Below, piece by piece: positions 26,310 to 34,516 of a stretch of DNA of 58,678 bases. Under the pieces are notes generated by a model. The model did not search any database and was not told the DNA's origin. It worked only from the letters and a program-made list of their open reading frames with translations. Source of the DNA: Actinomycetes bacterium (GTDB lineage Bacteria > Actinomycetota > CALGFH01); assembly GCA_030146615.1 (NCBI GenBank), contig JASLBL010000245.1, forward strand, positions 1-58,678, in the 5' to 3' direction. The translations under genes and the position numbers were made by a program. Within the stretch, counting starts at the first letter, position 1. Each line of letters starts with the position of its first letter.

Positions 26310-27293
26310 ATGCATACGGCAGGGGTGGACCTCGGCGGGACCAAGGTCCAAGGCGTGATCGTGGCCGACGACGGCACCAGACTCGGTGAGGCCAGGGGCA
26401 AGACCCCGGTGGAGGGCGGGCCGGCGGCCGTCGTGGCCGAGATCGCCGGGGTGGTCAAGGCGGCCGCCAAGAGCGCCAAGGTGCCGGTGAGCAAGCTGGC
26501 CGGGGTCGGGATCGGCTCGCCGGGGCGGGTCGACCAGGCCACCGGCGACCTGTTCGGGGCGGCCAACCTCCCCGGCTTCGGGCAGCCGGTGCCGCTGGGG
26601 GCGATGGTCGCCAGCACCCTCGGGATCAAGCGGGTGGTGGTCGACAACGACGTGGTCGTGGCCACCCTGGCCGAGCACCGCCTCGGCGCCGGCCGCGGCT
26701 ACGACGACCTCCTGGTCGTGTTCGCCGGCTCCGGGGTCGGCGGCGCCCTGGTGCTGGGAGGCCAGCTGCGGGCCGGCGCCCACGGCGCCGCCGGCGAGAT
26801 CGGCCACGTGGTCGTGGTCGACGGCGGCGAGCTCTGCCCCTGCGGCCGCCGCGGCTGCATGGAGGCCTACGCCGGCCGGATCGCCCTGGAGCGGGCCGCC
26901 CGCGCCGCCGCCGCCGCCGGCCGCCCCACCGAGCTGCTGGCCATCCAGCAGCGCCTGCGCCGCCCCCGCATGAGCAGCGGCGTCTGGAAGGCCGCCCTCG
27001 ACGCCGGCGACCCCCTGGCCCACGAGCTGATCGACCGGGCCGTCGAGGCCCTCGGCGCCGCCATCGCCTCGGCCGTCAACCTGGTCGACGTCCAGGCCGT
27101 CCTGATCGGCGGCGGCCTCGGCGACAAGCTCGGCGAGCCGTTCGTCCGCCGCATCGAGACGGCCATGATCCCCCACCTGTTCCTGGCCCCCTCCCAGGTG
27201 GCGGTCCGCCTGGGCGAGCTCGGCGACTACGCCGGGGCCATGGGCGCGGCCCTGCTCCTGTCCGAGAACGGTCAGGCGGCGGCCAGGCGGTAG
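26310..27293 (+). CDS. ROK family sugar kinase (glucokinase-like)
   Basis: ATG 26310 gives MHTAGVDLGGTK. Also GAAGEIGH and the ROK zinc motif CPCGRRGCMEAY. There is no N-terminal HTH, so a kinase is more likely than a repressor. Confidence 0.8.
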   Translation: MHTAGVDLGGTKVQGVIVADDGTRLGEARGKTPVEGGPAAVVAEIAGVVKAAAKSAKVPVSKLAGVGIGSPGRVDQATGDLFGAANLPGFGQPVPLGAMVASTLGIKRVVVDNDVVVATLAEHRLGAGRGYDDLLVVFAGSGVGGALVLGGQLRAGAHGAAGEIGHVVVVDGGELCPCGRRGCMEAYAGRIALERAARAAAAAGRPTELLAIQQRLRRPRMSSGVWKAALDAGDPLAHELIDRAVEALGAAIASAVNLVDVQAVLIGGGLGDKLGEPFVRRIETAMIPHLFLAPSQVAVRLGELGDYAGAMGAALLLSENGQAAARR

Positions 27294-28513
27294 ACCTCGC
27301 CCCCGAGGGAGAGAGCGTAGAGCTCGCCGCTGGCGTCGACGCCGAAGGAGCTCAGGCCGGGGACGCTCAGGCCGAGGTCACGCTGCTCGGCGACCTTGCC
27401 GTCGCGGACCCGGGCCGCCCGGACCCAGCCGGCGCAGTAGTCGCCGTAGAGGTAGGCGCCGCGCAGGCCGCCGATGCGCCGGCCGCGGTAGACGAAGCCG
27501 CCGATCACGGTGCATGCCCCGCCGGCCCGGCCGTACTCGATCACCGGGTCGACGGCGCCGGGGGGCCGCTCGCCGCCGTTGTAGGCGTGGCGGCCCTCGC
27601 GGCGGTTCCAGCCGTAGTTGCGGCCACCCGACCCGGCCGGCTCGTAGTCGACCTCCTCGTAGGCGTTCTGGCCGACGTCGCCGATCCACAGGTCGCCGGT
27701 GGCGGCGTCGAACGAGAAGCGCCACGGGTTGCGCAGCCCGTAGGCCCAGATCTCGGGGCGGGCGCCCTCGCGGTCCACGAACGGGTTGTCGGACGGGACG
27801 CGGTAGGGCCGCCCCCCGCCCGGCCGCGGGTCGATCCGGAGGATCTTGCCGAGCAGGCTGCCCAGCGACTGGCCGTTGCCCTCGGGGTCGCCGCCGCCTC
27901 CGCCGTCCCCGAAGGCCAGGTACAGCCGCCGGTCGGGGCCGAAGGCGAGCTGGCCGCCGTTGTGGTTGCCGAACGGGTCGTCGATCTGGAGCACCGAGCG
28001 CTCGGAGCCCGGGTCGGCCCGCTGGCCCTGCATGGCCAGCTCGGAGACCTGGTGGTCGCCCGACCGGTCGGTGTAGTGGAGGTACAGGTAGCGGCCGTTG
28101 GGCGAGAACGCCAGACCGAGCAGCCCCTGCTCCCCGCCGGCGGTGACCTTGTCGGAGATGTCCAGGACCGGGGTCGGGTCGAGCCGGCCGCCGCGGATCG
28201 CCCGCACCCTCCCCACCTGCTCGACCACGTACAGGGTGCGCTCCCCCGGCCGGATGGCCATGGCCACCGGCTGGGCCAGCTGGGCCACCCTGACCAGCCG
28301 GACCTTGGCCGCCCGGAACTGGGCGCTGGAGGCGGCCTGGGGCGCGGCCGTGGTCGAGGGCGCCTCGGTGGTCGAGGGCAGCAGCGTGGTCGAGCTGACG
28401 CTGGTCGTCGGCGCGGCCTGCGGGTCGGGGTCGCCGCCGGAGCAGGCGGCGGCCGCCACGGCGAGCACGAGGAGCGCGGCAGGGCCGCGGAGGGTTCGGC
28501 GCATGGCCGACAT
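27272..28513 (-). CDS. PQQ-dependent sugar (glucose/sorbosone) dehydrogenase, lipoprotein
   Basis: Start at ATG 28513 or 28504. Lipobox LAVAAAAC. Blocks: [60 protein letters not shown]. The 3' end overlaps the ROK gene by 22 nt (convergent). Confidence 0.8.
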   Translation of the reverse strand: MSAMRRTLRGPAALLVLAVAAAACSGGDPDPQAAPTTSVSSTTLLPSTTEAPSTTAAPQAASSAQFRAAKVRLVRVAQLAQPVAMAIRPGERTLYVVEQVGRVRAIRGGRLDPTPVLDISDKVTAGGEQGLLGLAFSPNGRYLYLHYTDRSGDHQVSELAMQGQRADPGSERSVLQIDDPFGNHNGGQLAFGPDRRLYLAFGDGGGGGDPEGNGQSLGSLLGKILRIDPRPGGGRPYRVPSDNPFVDREGARPEIWAYGLRNPWRFSFDAATGDLWIGDVGQNAYEEVDYEPAGSGGRNYGWNRREGRHAYNGGERPPGAVDPVIEYGRAGGACTVIGGFVYRGRRIGGLRGAYLYGDYCAGWVRAARVRDGKVAEQRDLGLSVPGLSSFGVDASGELYALSLGGEVYRLAAA

Positions 28514-28547
28514 TCTCGTCGGCCCGGGCGAAGTTTGCTCGCCGGCG

Positions 28548-29003
28548 CTACCGGAGTCGGCCCCGCAGCCACAGCGAGGCCCGGGTGGGCTGTACGGTCT
28601 CGGCGACCACCTCGAGCAGCTCGGTGTGCAGGGGCGTCCAGGTCGACCTGGTCGCGCAGGCGGGCCACGAACGCCTCGACGGTCCGGGCGGCGTCGTAGC
28701 GACGGCGGTTGAAGCGGCGGTCGACCACCGCTTGGACCCGTCGCCGGGCCGGCTGGAACATCGCCGCGACGGCCAGGGTAGGCCCGGCCACCGCCCAGCT
28801 CGGCGGCCGGTCGCCCAGGCCACCGAAGACCAGGAACCGGTGCACCGTCCCGGCGGCCGCCCAGAGCAGGTTGGTCAGGGCGGTGCAGGCGGTGATCGCG
28901 CGCAGCTCGGGCCGGCCGAGCACGAACCGAGCCCCTCGGCGAGCTCGCGGCGCAGCCCGGCGCGGGCGGGCGCCGCCGGCGGGGAGGGTGCACGGGCGGT
29001 CAT
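28548..29003 (-). pseudogene. decayed membrane-protein gene remnant with at least two frameshifts
   Basis: Three frames must be joined. Segment 1: MTARAP...[12 protein letters not shown] 1-nt gap follows near 28924. Segment 2: [20 protein letters not shown]...[44 protein letters not shown]. An extra C follows in the C-run at 28631-28634. Segment 3: [27 protein letters not shown]. The joined product of about 150 aa looks like the C-terminal portion of a larger actinobacterial membrane protein. Confidence 0.4.
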
Positions 29004-29085
29004 CCGCCCCCAGCCTTCCCGTCGCTCGGGAGCGCCGGCAACTCCCCCGCCGGGCCGCGGGACCCGGCTGGCGCCGGGCCGGGTG

Positions 29086-29610
29086 TCAGCGGGGGCGGGT
29101 GGGGAGGGCCACGCCTATGCGGATCAGCAGGCGCTGGACGCGGCGGTCGATGGCGTCGCGGATGCAGCGGACCGCGTCGGGGCCTTTGCCCCTCGGGTCG
29201 TCGATGCACCAGTCCTCGGTCCGCCGGCCCTCGGTGAGGTTGTCCTGGCCGTAGCCCATGACGACGACCAGCTCGGCCCCGTCGAGCAGCGCCGCCGACG
29301 GCCGCTCGGAGACGAGCCGGCCCAGGTCGACGCCCAGCTCGGCCAGGGAGGCGGCGACCGCCGGGTCGGGGTCGACGGTGGCCGGGCTGGCCGAGACGGC
29401 CCGCACGCGGCCCTTGGAGCGGTGGGCGAGCAGGGCGGCGGCGATGCGGCTACGGCCGTCGTCGGCGACCCCGAGGAAGACCACCACCCGGGCCGGGCGC
29501 GCTCCCGGCCGCCCGTTCCCGCCGCCTGGGACGGCGACCAGCCGTGGCGGGATCCCCGCTCGATCACTGGCCGCCGCGGCCCCCGACCCCGTTCCGCTCA
29601 TTTCCACCAC
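29086..29610 (-). CDS. low-molecular-weight phosphotyrosine phosphatase/ArsC-fold protein with a degenerate P-loop
   Basis: ARVVVFLGVADDGRSRIAAALL aligns to the (V/I)LFVCTGNSCRS P-loop, with Gly at the catalytic Cys position. The downstream WCIDDPRG matches the DP(x)G acid loop. The exact start is uncertain. Confidence 0.6.
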   Translation of the reverse strand: MVEMSGTGSGAAAASDRAGIPPRLVAVPGGGNGRPGARPARVVVFLGVADDGRSRIAAALLAHRSKGRVRAVSASPATVDPDPAVAASLAELGVDLGRLVSERPSAALLDGAELVVVMGYGQDNLTEGRRTEDWCIDDPRGKGPDAVRCIRDAIDRRVQRLLIRIGVALPTRPR

Positions 29611-29755
29611 CGCCCAGCGACGTAGGCATGTACCTAAGAAGACGCCACAGCAGGGGTCCAGGTTCCATGCTGATCTACGCAGATGCTGTCATTTCGGTGA
29701 CACCGGACCCGTCGCAAGGTTGTCGGCTGCCGGGGGCGGCTGCTGTAGTACCCGG

Positions 29756-30931
29756 ATGCGAAGGTTCGGGGTCGAGGAGCGCCGGGCCCGGCTCGGCCTG
29801 CGCCACCACCTGGCCGACACGGCCAAGGCGGGCGTGGTCGAGGCCGCCCGCGACCTGGTCGGCCTGCACGCCACCGACCCGGCGACCGTCTACCTGGCCG
29901 CCCGGGCCCGGATGCGCGACCCCCAGGTCGCGGCCGTCGAGCAGGCCCTGTACGAGGACCGGGTGCTGGTGCGGCTCCTTGGCATGCGCCGGACCATGTT
30001 TGTCGAGCCAGTCGAGCTGATGGGGGTGGTGCAGGCCGCCTGCACCGACGCCATCGCGGTGCAGCAGCGGCGCCTGCTGGTCGACCTGGTCGCCCGGGCC
30101 GGGCTGGCCGAGGACCCGCCCACCTGGGTCGAGGAGGTGGAGAAGGTCGCGGTCAAGGCGCTGGAGGCCCGGGGCGGTGGGGCCACCGCCGCCGAGCTCG
30201 CCAGGGACGACCTGCGCCTCGCTCAGCAGATCGTGCTCGCCGAGGGCAAGTCGTACGAGGGCCGCCAGAGCGTGGTCTCGCGCATCCTGCTGCTGCTGGC
30301 CGCCGAGGGCCGGATCGTCCGCGGCCGCCCCCGCGGTTCCTGGGTCAGCGGCCAGTACCGCTGGTCGCTGGTGGAGGCCTGGCTGCCCGACGGCGTTCCC
30401 GCCTGGTCGCTCCAGGAGGCCCAGGTCGAGCTGGTCGGCCGCTGGCTCCGGGGGTTCGGGCCGGCCACGATCGCCGACGTGAAGTGGTGGACCGGGCTGC
30501 CCATGGGCCAGGTCCGCCGGGCCGTCGCCGAGGCCGGCGCGGTCGAGGTCGACCTGGACGGCACCCCCGGGCTGGCCCTGGCCGACGACCTCGACCCGGT
30601 GCCGGCGCCCCAGCCGTGGGTGGCCCTGCTGCCCTCGCTCGACCCGACGACCATGGGCTGGGCCGGCCGCGACTTCTACCTCGGCCCGCACCGCCAGGTG
30701 CTGTTCGACCGCAACGGCAACGCCGGTCCGGCCATCTGGTGGGACGGCCGCGTCGTCGGCGGCTGGGCCCAGCGGGCGAGCGGGGAGATCGTCCTGCGCC
30801 TGCTCGAGGACGTCGGCGCCGACGCGGCCGCGGCCGTCGAGGCCGAGGCGGCCCGCCTGGCCGACTGGCTCGGCCCGATCCGGATCACCCCACGCTTCCG
30901 CACCCCGCTGGAGCGCGAGCTGTCCGCCTGA
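29756..30931 (+). CDS. winged-helix HTH_42 / DUF1006 protein (YcaQ/AlkZ-type DNA glycosylase family)
   Basis: ATG 29756, 391 aa. MRRFGVEERRARLGLRHHL ... LVGLHATDPATVYLAARAR ... WWTGLP ... LLPSLDPTTMGW ... GNAGPAIWWDGRVVGGW, which is typical of this family. Confidence 0.7.
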   Translation: MRRFGVEERRARLGLRHHLADTAKAGVVEAARDLVGLHATDPATVYLAARARMRDPQVAAVEQALYEDRVLVRLLGMRRTMFVEPVELMGVVQAACTDAIAVQQRRLLVDLVARAGLAEDPPTWVEEVEKVAVKALEARGGGATAAELARDDLRLAQQIVLAEGKSYEGRQSVVSRILLLLAAEGRIVRGRPRGSWVSGQYRWSLVEAWLPDGVPAWSLQEAQVELVGRWLRGFGPATIADVKWWTGLPMGQVRRAVAEAGAVEVDLDGTPGLALADDLDPVPAPQPWVALLPSLDPTTMGWAGRDFYLGPHRQVLFDRNGNAGPAIWWDGRVVGGWAQRASGEIVLRLLEDVGADAAAAVEAEAARLADWLGPIRITPRFRTPLERELSA

Positions 30932-30952
30932 CCTCGCCGAGGAGACCAGACC

Positions 30953-31765
30953 GTGAGCGAACGCGACGGGTTCCAGGCCGGCGTCCCCTGCTGGGTCGCG
31001 GCCGTCCTTCCCGACCCCGAGGCCGGGGTCGCCTTCTACACCGAGGTGTTCGGCTGGGAGGCGGCCGACATCATGCCGCCCGACGGGCCCGGCCGGTACT
31101 ACGTCTGCACCCTCGGCGGCCGCGCCGTCGCCGCCGTCGGCTCCGGCCGCGGCGGCCAGGCCCCGGACGTCCCCGCCTGGGGCACCTACATCTGGGTCGA
31201 CAGCGCCGACGCCACCGCCACCCAGGCCGCCGAGGCCGGCGGGAGCGTGCTCGCGGCCCCGTTCGACCTGCCCGACGCCGGCCGCCTGGCCGTCCTGGCC
31301 GACCCGGCCGGGGCCGTGTTCTGCGCCTTCGAACCGGGCCGGCTGCGGGGCGCCCAGGTCGTCAACCAGCCGGGAGCGTGGGCCATGAGCACCCTCGCCA
31401 CCCCCGACCCCGACAGCGCCGCGGCGTTCTACGGCTCCCTGTTCGGCTGGCAGGCCGACGCCATGGACTTCGGCGGGTTCACCGCCACCATGTGGCGCCT
31501 CCCCGGCTTCAAGGGCGGCGAACCCGGCCAGCCGGTCCCCGCCGACGTCGTCGGCGTGATGCTCCCCGAGGACCCCGGCGACCCCCCACCCCACTGGAGC
31601 ATCGACTTCTGGGTCACCCACGCCGACACCACCACCACCAAGGCCACCAACCTCGGCGCCAAGATCCTGGTCCCGCCCTTCGACGCCCCCACCGGCCGCA
31701 CCGGCATCCTCGCCGATCCCCAGGGCGCCACCTTCTCCCTGAGCACCGCACCAACCGGGCCCTAG
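30953..31765 (+). CDS. two-domain VOC (glyoxalase/bleomycin-resistance/dioxygenase) family protein
   Basis: GTG start. Two repeats of the pattern FY..(V/L)FGW(E/Q)A ... A..(L/I)(L/A)DP.GA.F. Confidence 0.75.
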   Translation: MSERDGFQAGVPCWVAAVLPDPEAGVAFYTEVFGWEAADIMPPDGPGRYYVCTLGGRAVAAVGSGRGGQAPDVPAWGTYIWVDSADATATQAAEAGGSVLAAPFDLPDAGRLAVLADPAGAVFCAFEPGRLRGAQVVNQPGAWAMSTLATPDPDSAAAFYGSLFGWQADAMDFGGFTATMWRLPGFKGGEPGQPVPADVVGVMLPEDPGDPPPHWSIDFWVTHADTTTTKATNLGAKILVPPFDAPTGRTGILADPQGATFSLSTAPTGP

Positions 31766-31789
31766 CGCCTCCGCGCGCAGCGGGTGCGC

Positions 31790-31963
31790 TCAGCCGCCGG
31801 TCGCGCCGCCCTCGTCGCTCCGCTCGGCCTCGGAGGACTTCACCTCCCGCTCCCGCTCGCGGGCCTTCTCCCCCTGCGCGACCTCCTGCTCTTCCTCACT
31901 CTCGACCCCACCAGCCGGCCGCTGCTCCTGCTCACCCCCGGCATGTGATTCCTGGTCGCTCAT
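31790..31963 (-). CDS. 57-aa highly acidic hydrophilic protein
   Basis: Below the ORF-track size cut-off. ATG 31963 is preceded by GGGAGGTGGAG. Product: MSDQESHAGGEQEQRPAGGVESEEEQEVAQGEKAREREREVKSSEAERSDEGGATGG. Confidence 0.45.
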   Translation of the reverse strand: MSDQESHAGGEQEQRPAGGVESEEEQEVAQGEKAREREREVKSSEAERSDEGGATGG

Positions 31964-32337
31964 CTCCACCTCCCGTGGTCGTGGCTCTTCGAGTTACCTG
32001 GTCGTGGCTCCCCAACCGTCCTGGCTGTGGCCTGTGGACAACGACCAGCACCATATCCGCCCGTGGCCTACGCTCCCCCTCCGGCGCCGGGCGTTCCCAT
32101 GCCCGGGCGTTCCGTCCTTCGGCGTTACAGCAGCACCTCGACCCCGGGCCAGCGGTCGGCGATGCGCCTGTCCCGGACACGCTGACGGTAGTGATCGACG
32201 GTGACCCGGCGGGGGTGCGGCGGCAGACGAGGTGGAGGTCAGGGCGACCTCGGCGTCGCGGGCCGGGTCGAGGCGGGCGGGGTCGAAGGAGGCCAGGTCG
32301 AGGTCGTCGCCTGGAACTGGGCCGGCGCTCGGCAAGG

Positions 32338-34047
32338 CTACGGGCAGCTCGTCCCGGCGCACTGTCTGGCCGCTCGCAGAGCTTGGGACAGGGGCGCGGT
32401 GTCGGGGTCGTTCGCGGGGACGCCATCGGCCAGGAGGTTGACCAGCTGGTAGGGGTCGGCCTGGAGGTTGTAGTACTCACGGAAGGTGACGGTGGCCGGG
32501 TTGGCGATGTCGTAGTACTCGCTGTACTGGTAGGCCGCCGTACGGATCGAGGCCCAGGTCGGGATGGTGCGGCTGTTGTTGGCGTCGTGCCAGTACTCGA
32601 TCAGGGCACGCTGGCGGGTGTGGCCGGAGAGGAGGTCGCGGCCGTCCAGGGTGGCGTGGGTCTGGGTGACGCCGGTCGCGGCCAGGATCGTCGGCAGGAC
32701 GTCGACGTGGGTGACCAGGCGGTCGTCGACGGCGCCGGCCGGGACCCGGCCCGGCCAGCGGAGCAGGAGCGGCACCTCCACGGCCTTGCGGTAGGGCAGG
32801 AACTTCTCGGTGGCCTTGTGCTCGCCCAGCAGGAAGCCGTTGTCGCTGGTGAAGATGACCAGGGTGTTGGCCAGCTCCCCGGTCGCCTGGAGGTGCCGCA
32901 TCAGCCGGTCGACCTGGTCGTCGACGGTGTACAGGGTCCGGACCATGGCCGTCCGGGTGGCCAGGGCCGCCGCCGGGGTCTGGTTCTGGCTGCGGACGAA
33001 CGGGGGCTTGTCGGCCCGGTCGGCCTCCATGTACGAGGGGTCCGGCTGATGGGCCGGGACCGTGACGCTGGCGTACCTGGGCTCGGCGATCGACGGGGCG
33101 TGCGGCGCCACCGGCGCCAGGTGGAGGTAGAACGGCCGGGCGTCGTCCCGGCGCTCGAAGTCGTCGACGTACTCGACGGCGCGGTCGAAGACGATCGTGG
33201 TCGAGTAGCCCTGGGACCGGCGCACGGTGCCGTCGAAGTTCATGTAGGCGTTCTCGTAGCCGCCCTTGAAGTAGGTCCAGCGGTCGAAGTGCGGCGCCTC
33301 GACGCTCAGGTCCAGCCAGTGCAGGAACTTGCCGGCGTGGCCGGTGAGGTAGCCGGCGTCGTGCAGGTACCGCTGGACGGTCAGATTCAGGTTGAACCCG
33401 AGCGTCTGCTGCTGGAACTGCCCGTTGTTGTGGACATACCGGCCACTCATCAGGCTGGCCCGGGACGGGCAGCAGCTCGGGGTCGACACGTACCCGTTGC
33501 GGAAGGTGGTGCCGCCGTCGACCAGCCACTGACGGACCTTGGGCAGGTACGGGGTCAAGTCGGCCCGCATGTCGTCGAGGTTGATCACCACCACGTTCGG
33601 GCGCCCGGACGAGGGCGGTCTGGTCGTGGTGGTCGGGGCCGTGCCCTGGACCAGCACGTAGGTGTAGCTGCCAGCCCCGCTGGCCGCCCAGACGCCCGAG
33701 TGGTAGGACACGCCGGCCTGGAGGCTGAGGGTGACGGACTTGGGGTTGGCGGCGGTCAGGTTCTCGCCCAGCTTCTGGCCGGTGGAGCTGTTGAAGACCG
33801 TGAAGCGCAGGTCGGCCGTGCCGGTCCAGGACAGCCGGAGCGTGCTCGGCCCGGTCTGCGGCACCGTGAAGTCGACCCGTCGCCACCTGGGTCCCTGCGT
33901 CCCCGAGGCGTCGGCGACCCCGGAGGAGAGCACCGTCTCCTCGGCCACCGCCCGGTCGGAGGAGACGAGCAGCACCGAGCCGATCATCGCCGCCACGATC
34001 AGGAGCGGCGCGACCGGGCCCCACCGTTTCCGCTGCTTGTCGGCCAT
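32338..34047 (-). CDS. sulfatase (formylglycine-dependent) with N-terminal anchor and extra beta-sandwich-like domain
   Basis: NLDDMRAD and TPSCCPSRASLMSGRY (C-x-P-S-R motif). N-terminal TM/signal segment APLLIVAAMIGSVLLV, then an extra segment of about 110 aa before the catalytic domain. Confidence 0.85.
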   Translation of the reverse strand: MADKQRKRWGPVAPLLIVAAMIGSVLLVSSDRAVAEETVLSSGVADASGTQGPRWRRVDFTVPQTGPSTLRLSWTGTADLRFTVFNSSTGQKLGENLTAANPKSVTLSLQAGVSYHSGVWAASGAGSYTYVLVQGTAPTTTTRPPSSGRPNVVVINLDDMRADLTPYLPKVRQWLVDGGTTFRNGYVSTPSCCPSRASLMSGRYVHNNGQFQQQTLGFNLNLTVQRYLHDAGYLTGHAGKFLHWLDLSVEAPHFDRWTYFKGGYENAYMNFDGTVRRSQGYSTTIVFDRAVEYVDDFERRDDARPFYLHLAPVAPHAPSIAEPRYASVTVPAHQPDPSYMEADRADKPPFVRSQNQTPAAALATRTAMVRTLYTVDDQVDRLMRHLQATGELANTLVIFTSDNGFLLGEHKATEKFLPYRKAVEVPLLLRWPGRVPAGAVDDRLVTHVDVLPTILAATGVTQTHATLDGRDLLSGHTRQRALIEYWHDANNSRTIPTWASIRTAAYQYSEYYDIANPATVTFREYYNLQADPYQLVNLLADGVPANDPDTAPLSQALRAARQCAGTSCP

Positions 34048-34052
34048 GCGAC

Positions 34053-34076
34053 CACTCCGGTGTCCAGCCCGGAGTG
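34053..34076 (-). promoter_or_regulatory. hairpin enclosing the sulfatase Shine-Dalgarno sequence
   Basis: CACTCCGG (34053-60) and CCGGAGTG (34069-76) form an 8-bp stem with an 8-nt loop. In the mRNA sense, the GGAG located 7 nt before ATG 34047 is part of the 3' arm. Confidence 0.4.
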
Positions 34077-34081
34077 TGGCG

Positions 34082-34123
34082 GCCCAGCAGCAGGCAGGTC
34101 AAGCTTTGCCTGGGCTGCTGGGC
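34082..34123 (-). terminator. long GC hairpin downstream of pspC-like gene
   Basis: GCCCAGCAGC (34082-91) pairs with GCTGCTGGGC (34114-23), plus an inner AGGC/GCCT stem. It lies 17 nt after the PspC stop. No U-tract follows. Confidence 0.4.
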
Positions 34124-34139
34124 CGCTGATGCCGGCCGG

Positions 34140-34337
34140 TCACTCGGACGGCATCAGGATCCACAGGAGCGGGTAGACGATGATCTGGCTGCCGGGGATC
34201 ACGATCAGCGTGACGATGAACAGGATCCTCATCATCGTCGCGCCCATGCCGAACCGGCGGGCCAGCCCGGCGCAGACTCCGCCCAGGATCCTGCCCTGGC
34301 GCGGGCGTACGAGCCCCTGACGACGAAACGCTTCCAT
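34140..34337 (-). CDS. PspC domain-containing small membrane protein
   Basis: LVRPRQGRILGGVCAGLARRFGM ... followed by one TM segment. Confidence 0.8.
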   Translation of the reverse strand: MEAFRRQGLVRPRQGRILGGVCAGLARRFGMGATMMRILFIVTLIVIPGSQIIVYPLLWILMPSE

Positions 34338-34516
34338 CTCTGCGGTCCTCCATGACCTCGACGTTCAGCTCCCAGCCTAGGACGATGCCCCGGCAACGGC
34401 ATCGGGTATCGGCCCGCGATTCGCCGCGGCCGGGTCAGGGTCGCCTCAGGGACATCCCCGATACGCGGCTCGCGGAGCATGTTCCCTTGGCGGCCGCTTG
34501 GTATGCTCCGGCCGCG

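Noticed and set aside
30484-34176. 1,230-aa plus-strand ORF, plus 32477..34102 on the minus strand
   Set aside because: It spans the end of the HTH_42 gene, the VOC gene (different frame) and the antisense of the sulfatase gene. The sequence is junk-like. The sulfatase frame carries the C-x-P-S-R motif.
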